A stretch of 64,000 nt of DNA from an uncultured Bacteroidota bacterium (GCA_937950125.1 CALFEP010000306.1:168-64167); one strand, 5' to 3'; shown: positions 47,746-58,972, numbered from the stretch's first letter. The notes: a model not told the origin generated them from the letters alone. Translations and numbers: made by a program.

Positions 47746-48774
47746 TTGGAAAAGATAAAAGCCGAAGATTTGGCAGCAATGCTTCGAAAGCCAGCCAGAA
47801 TAACAGTCACTTCACATCATAATCCTGATGGTGATGCCCTGGGTTCAGCAATGGCCATGTTTCATATTTTAAAACAAACCGGACACAAGGTTAAGGTTGT
47901 CATACCCAATAATTATCCTGATTTTTTGAAATGGATACCTGAAAATGAGTCAGTGATTATTTTTGAAAGTGATCAACAACATTCAGCTGAACAGGCGATA
48001 GCAGCATCTGATATTATTTTTTGTTGCGATTACAATGCCTTGAACAGAGTTGGGAAGATGGAGAAAGCATTAACCGAAGCCACCGGAATGAAAGTTTTGA
48101 TTGATCATCATCCAAATCCCGATGAAAATGCATTTAACGTTTTGTTTTCCAATACAGCAGCTTCATCAACAGCGGAGCTAATTTATGAATTTGCCCAACT
48201 TGTTGGCTTACAATCTTTCATCAACCAATCAGCTGCCGAGTGCCTGTATGCTGGAATTATCACCGACACAGGGTCGTTCAGTTTTGCGTGTAATTCTCCT
48301 AAAACTTATCTCATTATTGCTGACCTGATACAACGTGGAATTAACCCTGAACGGCTGCACAGGCTTATTTATGATACTTTTTCGGAGAACCGGATAAGGT
48401 TGCTTGGCTATGCAATTAACCAGAAAATGATTGTTTTTGATGAATTTCGAACAGCAATCATTCCTTTATCACGAAAAGACCTCGATTTTTTCGAACACAA
48501 AACAGGTGATACAGAAGGAATTGTCAATTACCCGCTTTCGATAAAAAACATCAATCTTTCGATAATGCTCACCGAAAGAGATGACCTTGTAAGGCTTTCG
48601 TTCAGATCGAAAGGAAAATTTCCTGCCAATAAAATTGCGCGCGATTTTTTTGAAGGGGGTGGACACATGAATGCCGCAGGAGGTAACAGTTATGTTTCAA
48701 TAGAAGAAACCATTGAAAAGATAATCAGCCTCTTGCCATTGTTCCAGGAACAATTGGACTTCGTAATATCCTGA
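47746..48774 (+). CDS. nrnA: DHH/DHHA1 bifunctional oligoribonuclease/PAP phosphatase
   Basis: HHNPDGDALGS, CDYN, IDHHP, GIITDTG, SFRS, GGGHMNAAG. Confidence 0.9.
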   Translation: MEKIKAEDLAAMLRKPARITVTSHHNPDGDALGSAMAMFHILKQTGHKVKVVIPNNYPDFLKWIPENESVIIFESDQQHSAEQAIAASDIIFCCDYNALNRVGKMEKALTEATGMKVLIDHHPNPDENAFNVLFSNTAASSTAELIYEFAQLVGLQSFINQSAAECLYAGIITDTGSFSFACNSPKTYLIIADLIQRGINPERLHRLIYDTFSENRIRLLGYAINQKMIVFDEFRTAIIPLSRKDLDFFEHKTGDTEGIVNYPLSIKNINLSIMLTERDDLVRLSFRSKGKFPANKIARDFFEGGGHMNAAGGNSYVSIEETIEKIISLLPLFQEQLDFVIS

Positions 48775-48777
48775 CAC

Positions 48778-49323
48778 ATGACCACTATGATTTCTTTCAG
48801 AATTTCAAGAGTTGTGGCTGTTGTATTCATTTCTTTGTTGCTTTTTTCATGCAACAGCAAAAAGCAAGGTAAACCAATTCCTTCAACCGAAACATTTTCA
48901 AAGGAGTCGTTGATAGAGGCCAACAAGCTGGCTATGAAAACTGAAGATAAGCAGATTGAAGATTTTCTTGGCAGGGTAAAATGGAAAATGCATGCAACCG
49001 GAACCGGATTACGATACGCTATTTACGAAAATGGAACCGGGCAGGCTGCTCTACCGGGGAAAATTGCCGAAGTAGCGTACACTGTCAGTCTGATAAGTGG
49101 TGACACACTTTACACATCGGAAAGGCTTGGTAATAAAATATTTACAATTGGTAGGGGTGGAGTGGAATCCGGGCTTGAAGAGGGTATTTTGTTGTTGCAC
49201 GAGGGCGACCGAGCCAAATTTATTCTACCTTCGCACCTTGCTTACGGATTGATGGGAGATCAAGACAAAATCCCACCGAAATCTACTTTGGTTTATGATG
49301 TTAAATTAATTAAAATCAAATAA
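48778..49323 (+). CDS. FKBP-type PPIase lipoprotein (GldI-like)
   Basis: Lipobox LFSC, TGTGLRY, GLEEGILLL, PSHLAYG, IPPKSTLVYDV. Confidence 0.85.
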   Translation: MTTMISFRISRVVAVVFISLLLFSCNSKKQGKPIPSTETFSKESLIEANKLAMKTEDKQIEDFLGRVKWKMHATGTGLRYAIYENGTGQAALPGKIAEVAYTVSLISGDTLYTSERLGNKIFTIGRGGVESGLEEGILLLHEGDRAKFILPSHLAYGLMGDQDKIPPKSTLVYDVKLIKIK

Positions 49324-49335
49324 TTAAACTTAATA

Positions 49336-50205
49336 ATGAAGGTTTTTTTACAACGTAGCCGATTTATTTATCTAATTGGCATTTTTCTTATCTTAACGAT
49401 GTTTTATGCATGTAAAAACGAACCTGATTTTCAAACTACAGCATCGGGTTTGAGGTACAGATTTTATGTACAAAACATTGATTCAGCTAAAGTTAATAAA
49501 TATGACATCGTTCAGGTTTACATGAATTACCGAACTGCAGACTCTATGCTTTTTGATGGCAGCAAAACTGTAATTCCTTTTCAGGTAAATCCCTTTTATG
49601 ACGGCGATCTGATGGAAGGAATCATGATGATGCACAAAGGCGATAGTGCAACATTTGTGCTCGATGCAGGAGATTTTTTTATGAAAATGATGAATCAGAC
49701 CTCCATACCCGAACATGTTGGCAACAACAAAGAACTTTTTTTCGATATCAAAATCCTGAGTGTTAATCCTGAACCGGAAAACGTTCAGCAGCAGCGTGTT
49801 GAACTGGAAACCCGTAAAGATCAGGAAACCACGCTCATCGAAAAGTACCTAAGTTCAAACAGTTTAGCTATACAACCATCATCAAGTGGATTGTACTACC
49901 TTGAGTTGACTGCTGGAAAAGGCAAATCCGTGAAAACCGGAAACAAAGTTAAGGTTCATTACAACGGTTACTTTTTGGATGGTTCATTATTCGATTCGTC
50001 ATACGAGCGAAACAATCCCATTACTTTTGTTGTTGGAAATAATGAGGTGATACCCGGGTTGGATGAAGGCGTTTTGCAAATGATGGAAGGAGGAAAATCA
50101 AAGTTGATTATTCCTTCAAAAATTGGTTATGGTGCTGAACAACGCGGAAACATCAAACCATTTACAACATTAATTTTCGATGTTGAACTCTTAAGGGTTG
50201 AATAG
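49336..50205 (+). CDS. FKBP-type PPIase lipoprotein with two FKBP-like domains
   Basis: FYAC lipobox, N-terminal degenerate FKBP, C-terminal VHYNGYFLDGSLFDSS...GLDEGV...PSKIGYG. Confidence 0.88.
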   Translation: MKVFLQRSRFIYLIGIFLILTMFYACKNEPDFQTTASGLRYRFYVQNIDSAKVNKYDIVQVYMNYRTADSMLFDGSKTVIPFQVNPFYDGDLMEGIMMMHKGDSATFVLDAGDFFMKMMNQTSIPEHVGNNKELFFDIKILSVNPEPENVQQQRVELETRKDQETTLIEKYLSSNSLAIQPSSSGLYYLELTAGKGKSVKTGNKVKVHYNGYFLDGSLFDSSYERNNPITFVVGNNEVIPGLDEGVLQMMEGGKSKLIIPSKIGYGAEQRGNIKPFTTLIFDVELLRVE

Positions 50206-50302
50206 ACTGATAGGAATTTTATTGATGTAAGCTAAATTATTGATTAGCAATTATTCATACAATTATTTATTAAACATTTCACAAAAATTAATTACAATTA
50301 TC

Positions 50303-51199
50303 ATGAAAAGAATGACTTTGAGTCTTGCCACTTTTACAACCGTGTTGATGTTTCTGATTGCCTGCAGTCAGGGAAAAAAAGGTGGTGTTGAAGGGTTTGA
50401 TTACACCGATACTGGTCTTGGGTACAAATTTCATGTTTCCAACGATCAAAATCCCAGCCCCGATGTTGGTAAACTTGCTGTTTTGAAGATGACATATGGA
50501 ACTGCTGACACAGTATTTTTCAATACGGATATCATTCCAGATAAAAAGATGAAGCTGCCGATGTCGAATTCTACATATCCTGGTGATTTTTATGAGGCCT
50601 TGGGCATGATGCATATTGGTGACAGTGCTTCGTTTGTAATCAATGCCGATTCGTTTTTCATCAAGACTGCCCACTTTCCAAAAATTCCTGAATATGCGGT
50701 TGGTGTTAAAGACTTGATTTTTAATGTGAAACTCGAGAATGTTCAAACTGAAGCTGAAGCACGTCAGGAATACGAAGACAAACTTAAATCGATGGAATTG
50801 AATGAAGCAAGTACCCTTCAAAACTATGTTGAATCGAAAGGGATAAAGGTTGAACCGACGGCTTCAGGACTTTATTTTATTGAAAATATGAAAGGCAAAG
50901 GTGCAAAACCAAAAACTGGTGATAAAGTAAAAGTGCATTATACAGGCACCTTGCTGGATGGAACCAAATTCGATTCTTCGGTTGACCGCAATCAGCCTTT
51001 TGAGTTTGTTTTAGGACAGGGCAGGGTTATTAAAGGCTGGGATGAAGGTGTTGCCATGATGAATGTTGGCACCAAAGCAACCTTGGTAATACCTTCAAAA
51101 TTAGGGTATGGCGAACGGGGAGCTGGTCAGCAGATTGGACCTTATGCCTCTTTGGTATTTGAGGTGGAATTATTGGAAATTGTGAAGGATAAGAAATAA
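50303..51199 (+). CDS. FKBP-type PPIase lipoprotein with two FKBP-like domains
   Basis: LIAC lipobox, [31 protein letters not shown]. Likely start is ATG 50303. Confidence 0.9.
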   Translation: MKRMTLSLATFTTVLMFLIACSQGKKGGVEGFDYTDTGLGYKFHVSNDQNPSPDVGKLAVLKMTYGTADTVFFNTDIIPDKKMKLPMSNSTYPGDFYEALGMMHIGDSASFVINADSFFIKTAHFPKIPEYAVGVKDLIFNVKLENVQTEAEARQEYEDKLKSMELNEASTLQNYVESKGIKVEPTASGLYFIENMKGKGAKPKTGDKVKVHYTGTLLDGTKFDSSVDRNQPFEFVLGQGRVIKGWDEGVAMMNVGTKATLVIPSKLGYGERGAGQQIGPYASLVFEVELLEIVKDKK

Positions 51200-51219
51200 A
51201 GGTATATCCAAACCCAATT

Positions 51220-51264
51220 GAAAAGGCCGAAAGGAGAAAATTACATACCTCTTTTGGCCTTTTC
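51220..51264. terminator. Bidirectional hairpin between convergent FKBP and GT2 genes
   Basis: 51220-51234 pairs with 51250-51264 (15 bp, two G-T pairs). The right arm lies in the last codons of the GT2 gene. Confidence 0.55.
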
Positions 51265-52431
51265 CCATTTTACTGATTGTCCGCCCTTTATGTACCTGAA
51301 AAATCCCAGGTAAACGGCAATATTCATTATTAAAAAATAATAAGGTATGAAAAGTACTTTGATTTTTATTTTTCTGTTTTCGAAGAACCAACCTGCGAAG
51401 GCTGCCAAATAAAACAATGCCTGACCCGCAAACAGCCAGAAATAGATGCCTGTAAAAATCTGATATTCATTACTAAAAGCAATCAGGAAATTTAAAATAA
51501 ATATGACAAGCAATCCCATTGGGGCTAAAGTCCAGCGCAACACACGGTGCGATATGTATTGAAAAGATAAAACACCATACCTGAAAATATTCAGTAATTC
51601 TTTCAACCTGACGATTGACTGTATTCCTCCTGCGGCAATTCTAACCTTTCTCTTTAGCTCGTTTTTAATGTCGGCAGAAGCCGTTTCGATGGCGTAAGCT
51701 TCAGGGTCGTATTTCACTGTATAGCCTCGTTTGGCGATTTCGAGCGAAATGATAAAGTCGTCGAGAATGGTATCGTTTTCTACCGGTCTGAATAATTCGG
51801 TTCGGATGGCAAATAGCTCACCAGCTGCGCCGACTACGGAGTACAATTCTGAATCCCATTGTTTTAGCTTCGACTCGTATTTCCAGTAAAAGCCTTCGGT
51901 GGCCACAGCACTGTCCTTTTCTTTTTGTAGAACACGCTTTTCACCCGAAACACAACCCACAATCGGGTCTTGAAACAAGTTAACAATCCGGCGAACCGAT
52001 TCTTTACCAAGCAAGGTGTTGCCATCCGAAAAAATAACCAACGGGGTGTTCACAAATTTCATCCCACGGTTCATGGCTGCCACTTTCCCTGCTCTTTCGT
52101 CCTGATGTTGTACCTGTACTTCAGCGTATTTCTTCAAAATTTCGGGTGTGCCGTCATCCGAGCCATCAGTTACCCAAAGATGCTTTAATTTATGTGCCGG
52201 ATATTCAAGCGACAACGAATTGTCCATTTTCTTTTCAACATAATTTCTTTCGTTGTAAGCGGTACAAAACAAGGTAACTTCAGGTTCGTAACATTGTTCG
52301 CGAGAAACTCTTGCTGGCTTTGATAATAACCGCTTGATTTTAATGATGATAAAAAGCAATAACCCATACCCTACATAGGCATAGAAAATGATGAAGAGGA
52401 AAAACCAAAATAGGATTTTTATGGCAAGCAT
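51241..52431 (-). CDS. Glycosyltransferase family 2 (IcaA/PgaC-like processive type)
   Basis: VTDGSDDGT, GKVAAMN, FSDGN, LDDF, RKVRIAAG, N- and C-terminal TM helices. Confidence 0.88.
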   Translation of the reverse strand: MLAIKILFWFFLFIIFYAYVGYGLLLFIIIKIKRLLSKPARVSREQCYEPEVTLFCTAYNERNYVEKKMDNSLSLEYPAHKLKHLWVTDGSDDGTPEILKKYAEVQVQHQDERAGKVAAMNRGMKFVNTPLVIFSDGNTLLGKESVRRIVNLFQDPIVGCVSGEKRVLQKEKDSAVATEGFYWKYESKLKQWDSELYSVVGAAGELFAIRTELFRPVENDTILDDFIISLEIAKRGYTVKYDPEAYAIETASADIKNELKRKVRIAAGGIQSIVRLKELLNIFRYGVLSFQYISHRVLRWTLAPMGLLVIFILNFLIAFSNEYQIFTGIYFWLFAGQALFYLAAFAGWFFENRKIKIKVLFIPYYFLIMNIAVYLGFFRYIKGGQSVKWEKAKRGM

Positions 52432-52523
52432 AGGTTTTATGTTTTACGTAAAACAGTTGTCTTTCATGTTCAACTTAACTCCTTACAAATTTACAGTAAT
52501 GATTTACATCAAAAACATCAAAT

Positions 52524-54053
52524 TCAATTTTTCAAATATCCGTTTTTTAGATCAAAAAGATAGGCCGTTGAACCTTTTGCGTGAAACGACTTTATTATCG
52601 AATTTCCTTGCGTTTCCAGTTGATCAATGATGTATTCTTCTTCATTATCAATATTATGGCTGAATAACAGCCAGGTTGGTCCACTGAGTTGTGAAATTTC
52701 GGTCAGATAGAGTGATTTGTCGTTTTTGAAAGATTGCCCTATGATCAGATGATTACCGAGCCGGTAATATTTGATCAATTTGTAGTAATAGAAGGCATTT
52801 GAAGCTCCGTAGTAAACATAAATATTGTCGTTTGGACTGTTGTGAATGCTCACAAATTTCATCGACTTTTTTAATTCTTCTTTTTCGATAGGGTATTCTC
52901 TCATGAAAAAAAGTACTGCTATCATAACAGTAAAAGCAACAGAAAATATTCTTAACCGGCTGATTGTCTGTTTAAATGAGAAATAATTAGTCAGAAAATC
53001 GAAACAATACCCGAGAACAATCACAAAGTTGGGAACCATGTAGAGGATGAGGCGCTTGTCGAAAGGATAAATTTGAAAAGCGGACAACAGCAAATGAACG
53101 ATAATGGGCAGAAGAAGCAGCACAGTAAATGATTTGTTTTTTCTAATGAATATCAGGTTAATTAACCCCGCAAATACCAGAAGGCCAAATAAAGTTCCAA
53201 TTAAAACCGATTTGCTGTTACTTAAAACGCCCAAGATTATCTGTGTTTTCTCGAAAAAAAACCATGTAAATCCAGGGTCTGCAGGATTTAGTGGCATAAA
53301 CGCATTGGCACTGTTCCAATAGTCTAACATGACATTTTTAGCTGGATGGTCATGAATAAAAAAGAAATAATAAACTGCGAAAGTAAAAATCCAGGTTCCA
53401 AAAACCCTTGTAAAGGCCATGATCGGCGTGCGGCGAAACTCTTGAGCAAACCACAAAGCACCGGCTGAAAATAAAACGATGACTGCAACATTCGACAAGA
53501 ACAGAGCCAAAACCCCGGAAACCGCTAACAGCAAATGTTTTGAAGCAGGTTTTTCGTATTTCTTTAAAATCAAGTAATTAATTACCGAAAGCACCATCAC
53601 ATCAGTCATGTACTGCTTCACCTCGTTTGAATAATATATCAGTGTTGTGTTGAAAACAAAAAACGACAGTGTAACAATTTGAACATAAATGTTTTGAAAT
53701 TGTAACCTGATGATTTTGAAAACAAAAACCAAAGCAACCAAGTAGCAGATTAGCGGGAAAATACGTAAACCAAGTTCAGAATCAGGAATGATATGAGAAA
53801 AGAACTTCTCGGCCTGCAGAAACAAAATTGGCGCTACCTGGTCAAATTTCAGGGGTTTCAACAAATCAACAGCATCAATGGTTACAATATTGATAGCCAG
53901 CATCGCTTCGTCTAACCACAAACTACGGTTGAAAAAAAACTGTATTGTAGCCAACATAAATCCAGTTACCAGGATTAGGAAACTTAGAATTTTCCCGTTC
54001 TGCGAGGTTGCATTCAAACCGATTTTTTCGTTGTTGAAATTATTCGAAAACAT
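52524..54053 (-). CDS. GT-C fold polytopic membrane glycosyltransferase (GT39/ArnT-like)
   Basis: RSLWLDE acidic motif after the first TM, APILF, YYSNEVKQY, many TM helices. Confidence 0.65.
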   Translation of the reverse strand: MFSNNFNNEKIGLNATSQNGKILSFLILVTGFMLATIQFFFNRSLWLDEAMLAINIVTIDAVDLLKPLKFDQVAPILFLQAEKFFSHIIPDSELGLRIFPLICYLVALVFVFKIIRLQFQNIYVQIVTLSFFVFNTTLIYYSNEVKQYMTDVMVLSVINYLILKKYEKPASKHLLLAVSGVLALFLSNVAVIVLFSAGALWFAQEFRRTPIMAFTRVFGTWIFTFAVYYFFFIHDHPAKNVMLDYWNSANAFMPLNPADPGFTWFFFEKTQIILGVLSNSKSVLIGTLFGLLVFAGLINLIFIRKNKSFTVLLLLPIIVHLLLSAFQIYPFDKRLILYMVPNFVIVLGYCFDFLTNYFSFKQTISRLRIFSVAFTVMIAVLFFMREYPIEKEELKKSMKFVSIHNSPNDNIYVYYGASNAFYYYKLIKYYRLGNHLIIGQSFKNDKSLYLTEISQLSGPTWLLFSHNIDNEEEYIIDQLETQGNSIIKSFHAKGSTAYLFDLKNGYLKN

Positions 54054-54125
54054 GACCTTGAGGTTTCTGTTGGTGTTAAACTATTTTGCTGAAAATCAAT
54101 TGTTGCAATGAATTTTTCGTAAAGA

Positions 54126-55337
54126 TCATTTCTTGCTCGATTTTTTCGATTTGCTATCCAAAATCTTCACAATGGCATTTGAAAATTCTTCGGCACGCGA
54201 AGCCCACGAATTGTTTCGTGCAACATCAATTCGATGTTGCTTTTTAGTAATCGAATCATTTTCAACTTCATAAACCAATTTTGTCAAAAACTCTTCTTTC
54301 GTTCCAGCAGTACTCACCACATGGTCAAACTCAGGTAAATCAGCAAAATTTGTCCTGACAACAGGTAAACCCACACTCAAATATTCGTTAATTTTCATTG
54401 GATAAACATTTCTGTTTATAGGTATTTGTGTAAGCGGAATAAGACCTGCATCGCAACTATACATAATTTGTGGAACTTCCTCGGGTTTAACAGGTTTTTG
54501 TAATGTAACATTTTTCATTTTAGCCAGTTTTTGATAGGCATCTTCGTTTGCATTTCTTCCAACTACCAAAAAATCGTAACCGGGTAGCTGTTCAGCAAGC
54601 CAACTGAAAAGGTCAATGTCGAACCTGAAGTCGATGCTACCAATGAAGCCTATTTTCTTTCTTTTGTTTAGAATGGGCTTTTGTAAATCAACTATTTTGT
54701 TGAAAAGCTCGAACTCAACCCCGTTTTTCACCAGGTAAGTATTTGAATTTATTTTCGATTTTGTGAGGAAAAGTTCATCAGACGTGGTAATAACTCCGTC
54801 AACAAGCGAACAAAATTTGTTTTCCACCTCCAAGCCCCGACCTTTGTTGCGACTGTCGTTAATGGCATCGTAACAATAATAAATGTGGGCGCTTTCGCCA
54901 AGTTTTCCAATCATGTTCAATCCTGCAAAAGGGTTGAAGGCATTCACAACAACAGGATTGGTTAATCCGGCACTTTGAATGCTTTTGTGCAGCGATCTGG
55001 AAATGATTGAGGAATTGAATTTTAAGGCCTGGTAAAAACGGCGGTCACCGGTTAAAAACGAAAAGGGCAAAACAGGTGGTGGATTAAAAAGCCAAACCTT
55101 CGCCCCGGTAATAGATTCTGAATAGCTAATCCGCGGTTGCAACCCCAAAATTTTCCTTACGGGAATAACCCGGTTACCCATCATTCCCGAAAAAACATCT
55201 TTAATCGTAAATGGATATTCACAAAATAGTACCTGATTGTATAATGCCAGATAACTCATTAGCTGAACCGTTGATTTGACAAAATCGCCTGCCCAGGTGG
55301 TATAACTCACACAAACAATGCTTTGGTTTTGAATCAT
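54126..55337 (-). CDS. Glycosyltransferase, GT-B fold (TuaH-like)
   Basis: YYCYD, NGVEF, GFIGSIDFRFD, YPMKINEYLSVGLPVV. Confidence 0.85.
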   Translation of the reverse strand: MIQNQSIVCVSYTTWAGDFVKSTVQLMSYLALYNQVLFCEYPFTIKDVFSGMMGNRVIPVRKILGLQPRISYSESITGAKVWLFNPPPVLPFSFLTGDRRFYQALKFNSSIISRSLHKSIQSAGLTNPVVVNAFNPFAGLNMIGKLGESAHIYYCYDAINDSRNKGRGLEVENKFCSLVDGVITTSDELFLTKSKINSNTYLVKNGVEFELFNKIVDLQKPILNKRKKIGFIGSIDFRFDIDLFSWLAEQLPGYDFLVVGRNANEDAYQKLAKMKNVTLQKPVKPEEVPQIMYSCDAGLIPLTQIPINRNVYPMKINEYLSVGLPVVRTNFADLPEFDHVVSTAGTKEEFLTKLVYEVENDSITKKQHRIDVARNNSWASRAEEFSNAIVKILDSKSKKSSKK

Positions 55338-56488
55338 TTTGCCGTTTCAAATTGTTTGTAAACTTCAAGCACGTTTTCTGCCATTTTTAACCACGAAAAC
55401 TTTTCAGCTTGTTGAAATCCTTTTTGAACCAGATTTTCTGCAAGTGTTTTATCATCTGACAAACTGATCATGGCTTCAGCAATTTCATCTGGCTTTTCAG
55501 GGTTGACCAGAAGTGCATTTCCACCGGAAACCTCCGGCATGGACGATGTATTGGAGGTAATTACAGGTTTTCCGCACTTCATAGCCTCAAGTATTGGAAT
55601 TCCAAAGCTTTCGCGCAATGAAGGATATAAAAAGATTGAACATAAATTGTAAAGCATTGGCATATAATGGTTTGGCACATAGCCAATAAGTTGAATATTG
55701 CAAGCAATTTCCGGCTTTCCGATGCTGTTCAGGGAGTTTTTCAGGTCGGAAGGTTTATAGTCGGAAATGACAAGTGGAATTTTTTCGCCCGATTTCTCAA
55801 GAAAAATGGAATAAGCTTTTAAAACTCCAAGTGTGTTTTTCTTCTCATCGGTATTTCCGAGAAATAAAATAAACCTGTCAGGCAAACCGAATCGTATTTT
55901 GATTTCATTCAGTTGGTTAACATCGTTAATTGGCGTAAACTGTTCACCAGCAGCATTATAAACCACACGGATCTTTTGATCGATGCTGTCGAACCTAAAA
56001 TGGTTGATTATTCTACTTTTTTCAGCATTTGATACAGTAATAACCCGCCGGGCATTTTTTACAATCCGTGGAACAATAAAGCGCCTGTAAATGTTGCCAT
56101 ACTTCTGATAGTAGGTTCCCTTGCTTTTAATAATACCGGGGTACGATTTTTCGAGATAGATGATGTCGTGAAGTGTTACCACAAAAGGAGTTTTGGTAAA
56201 AAGTGGGGCTGTATTGCTTGTGCAGTGCAGAATATGGCAACCATATTTTGATGCTGTTAAGGGCAGAGCCAACTGCTCCCAGACAGGGTAAGTGGGCGCA
56301 TTGATTTCAACAATCCTGAAATTTGAGGTTTCCTGAATGCAATTGTTGTCTTTGTCGGGTTTAACAAATAAAAAATACTCATTTTCCTTATCAAGAAACT
56401 GAAGATTTTTTACGAGTTCAACAGCCACGAGTTCGATTCCGTGCTTTTTTTCACGGAATATTCGTTGTGCTTCTATTCCAATTTTCAT
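55334..56488 (-). CDS. Glycosyltransferase family 4 (mannosyltransferase-like)
   Basis: VTLHDII, ITVS, KKNT, YPSLRESFGIPILEAMKCGKPVI. Confidence 0.88.
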   Translation of the reverse strand: MKIGIEAQRIFREKKHGIELVAVELVKNLQFLDKENEYFLFVKPDKDNNCIQETSNFRIVEINAPTYPVWEQLALPLTASKYGCHILHCTSNTAPLFTKTPFVVTLHDIIYLEKSYPGIIKSKGTYYQKYGNIYRRFIVPRIVKNARRVITVSNAEKSRIINHFRFDSIDQKIRVVYNAAGEQFTPINDVNQLNEIKIRFGLPDRFILFLGNTDEKKNTLGVLKAYSIFLEKSGEKIPLVISDYKPSDLKNSLNSIGKPEIACNIQLIGYVPNHYMPMLYNLCSIFLYPSLRESFGIPILEAMKCGKPVITSNTSSMPEVSGGNALLVNPEKPDEIAEAMISLSDDKTLAENLVQKGFQQAEKFSWLKMAENVLEVYKQFETAK

Positions 56489-57611
56489 TGCACTTAATAA
56501 TTAATTTATAATGATTTTCGATTTTTTCCACCATTTCGGATATGGTAAATTTTTCAACAATGGTTTTTATAGCATTTTCCGACAGCTTTTTCTGCAATTG
56601 TTTGTTTTTATGCACTTTAATAATTGCATCAGCCAGGAGCCGGGGATTCTGTTGGGGTACAAAAAGACCATTTTCGTTGTCGATAATTATCTCCTTAGTA
56701 CCATCGATGGGTGTGGCAATGATGACTTTACCCATCGACATAGCCTCGAGGATTCCAATTGGCAATCCTTCCCACAAAGACGGCAGGCAATAAATGTCGG
56801 TGGCGTGCAAAATATCAGGCACGTCCTGTCTGAAGTTTTCAAAAACAACATGTGATGAAAGCCCATAATCGCGGGTCATTTGAACAATTTTTTCTTTCAG
56901 ATCTCCTTCACCAACAACAAGCAAAAATACATCTTTAGTCACTTCCATCACCATTTTCATAGCCTCAATCAGGGTCATTGGGTCTTTTTGCATGGTAATT
57001 CTAACAATGTAACCAATGAGGGTTTTTTCCTCAGGGATGTTTAATTCTTTTCTGATGTCGGCATATTTTCCTGTCGGATCAAATTTTTCGGTCGAAATTC
57101 CATTGAATATTACAGTGGAATTTTTCATGTTAAATTTTTTAACACCATCTTGCTGATTGCTAAAGGAAACGCAAATATTGGATGTAGTTTGCGATGTAAG
57201 AAACCATTCGGATAACATCCTGATGTTTTTCACCAGTTTTGACTGATCCTGGTGGAAAGACCATCCGTGAATGGTGTAAACCAGTGGTAATTTCAAATTT
57301 CTTGCTGCCCAAAACACATTTGTATTTGCTCTGGTTCCGTGTGCATGAACAATATCAATTTTTTGGTTTATCAATAATTTTTTTACCCGACCCCAAATTT
57401 TCCAGTCAAAGCCTCTCTCAGTTTCAATAATATGAACAGGAATTCCCATCTTTGAGATTTGATCGACCATTGGACCAGGGGTAAAACTCAATACTTCGGG
57501 ACTAAAAACTGATTTATCCATTCGTGAAACCAGTTCAAACATGTGCGTTTCGCCACCTCCAACTTTCCCCTGCCTAATAGCCTGCATCACCCTTATCTTA
57601 CTGCCAATCAT
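56451..57611 (-). CDS. Glycosyltransferase family 4
   Basis: GGGETH, IHGWSF, QKDP, PSLWEGLPIGILEAMSMGK. Confidence 0.88.
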   Translation of the reverse strand: MIGSKIRVMQAIRQGKVGGGETHMFELVSRMDKSVFSPEVLSFTPGPMVDQISKMGIPVHIIETERGFDWKIWGRVKKLLINQKIDIVHAHGTRANTNVFWAARNLKLPLVYTIHGWSFHQDQSKLVKNIRMLSEWFLTSQTTSNICVSFSNQQDGVKKFNMKNSTVIFNGISTEKFDPTGKYADIRKELNIPEEKTLIGYIVRITMQKDPMTLIEAMKMVMEVTKDVFLLVVGEGDLKEKIVQMTRDYGLSSHVVFENFRQDVPDILHATDIYCLPSLWEGLPIGILEAMSMGKVIIATPIDGTKEIIIDNENGLFVPQQNPRLLADAIIKVHKNKQLQKKLSENAIKTIVEKFTISEMVEKIENHYKLIIKCNENWNRSTTNIP

Positions 57612-57672
57612 AATCTATTCCCCACAAATCTTTTTTATTGATTTCGTTTATGCTAATTCAAATTGAATTTTA

Positions 57673-58848
57673 TTAAGATCCTGATAATCCATGTTCTGTA
57701 TGTAAAAACTTTTTGTTTGCCCCTTTCAGGCGAAATAGTACCAACAGCATCATCAACATGCTTTGTGGCAACATCAACAAAGCCATCAACGATCGTTTGT
57801 TGTACAGATATCCAGGAATTGCTAATAAAATGGAAGTCACAAGCATAACAAACAATGTTGACCAAATAATGGTAAATGCCTGCGAGGCAAAAAAGTATGA
57901 TCCAATTGTTGCTAATAATAAAAACATCAGAAGCACACTGCGTGGTGGAAACGAAAACTGCACTGCTTTAACGAAGTAATCCAGATTTCGGTTAATGAAA
58001 AGTTCAGAAAATAATGTTTGAAACGATTGTCTGAAATAAATCCATTGGGCAGAAAGCCACCGCCTTCGTTGTTTCGAAAAGTGTTTGATGTTTGTTACTT
58101 TTTCGTCATAAATCAGTGCATCTTCACAATACGCTATTTCATAACCATTTTTTATTACAGCCAGTTCCAATTCCTTATCAAATCCTCCAACGGCATCAAT
58201 ATTTTTCATTACAGTTTTGTAATACCTATACTCGAAAGCCATTCCCGAACCAATTAAAGCAGCCGAAAAGCCTAAAACCCGGTGACCTTTCCTGAAGAGG
58301 TTATTATTTATTTCTTCGCTGATGGCATCAAGAATTGCCATCGAAGTATTCATATTTTTGGCAATCCGGTGACCCTGAACACAAATGTAACCTCTTGAAA
58401 AAAAATTGTTTATCTTTCTTAAAAAATCTTGTTCCATGTGATTATCAGCATCCAGAATTAATGCAATATCAAAATCGTCGGGTAATACATCAAGGGCTTT
58501 GTTGATTGATTTTGATTTCGTGCTGTTTTCAAACGAAACCTCAATTACTCTTACCGGCAATTGTGCTAATTTTATTAACGTTTGGGGTAAAAACGAGTCG
58601 GCAATAACTACAATTTCGAACAAAGACGATGGAAAATTCTGTGTCAAAGCCTCAGCCACTGTACTAACAATAACATTATCTTCTTTAAAGCCAGGTACTA
58701 AGACCGCAAATTTCCTGTCTTTTTCGCAAACAACAGGCTTGCTTTTTGCCGAAAAACGGCTTGCCACTGCAAAAACCAAAATGTAAATGGTTGAAAAACC
58801 CAGGTAAAAAAGTATTAAATAATGAATAATAGTCAATAGCATTGTCAC
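57673..58848 (-). CDS. Glycosyltransferase family 2, membrane-anchored
   Basis: VPGFKED, VIADS, ILDADN, FDKELEL, QRRRW. Confidence 0.88.
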   Translation of the reverse strand: MTMLLTIIHYLILFYLGFSTIYILVFAVASRFSAKSKPVVCEKDRKFAVLVPGFKEDNVIVSTVAEALTQNFPSSLFEIVVIADSFLPQTLIKLAQLPVRVIEVSFENSTKSKSINKALDVLPDDFDIALILDADNHMEQDFLRKINNFFSRGYICVQGHRIAKNMNTSMAILDAISEEINNNLFRKGHRVLGFSAALIGSGMAFEYRYYKTVMKNIDAVGGFDKELELAVIKNGYEIAYCEDALIYDEKVTNIKHFSKQRRRWLSAQWIYFRQSFQTLFSELFINRNLDYFVKAVQFSFPPRSVLLMFLLLATIGSYFFASQAFTIIWSTLFVMLVTSILLAIPGYLYNKRSLMALLMLPQSMLMMLLVLFRLKGANKKFLHTEHGLSGS

Positions 58849-58972
58849 AGTTGCTTTATCTGGTTTTGTTCTTTAATCAGGTGTTAAAAGTAAAAAAAAA
58901 TCATTTGCCGTGTTTTTATTGAATTATTAATAATTTTACATCAACATAAAACAAATCAAAAGGTAATAATTT

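Noticed and set aside
58849-58972. Invertible promoter or ops/JUMPstart element at the glycan cluster
   Set aside because: No flanking inverted repeats or ops-like motif found.
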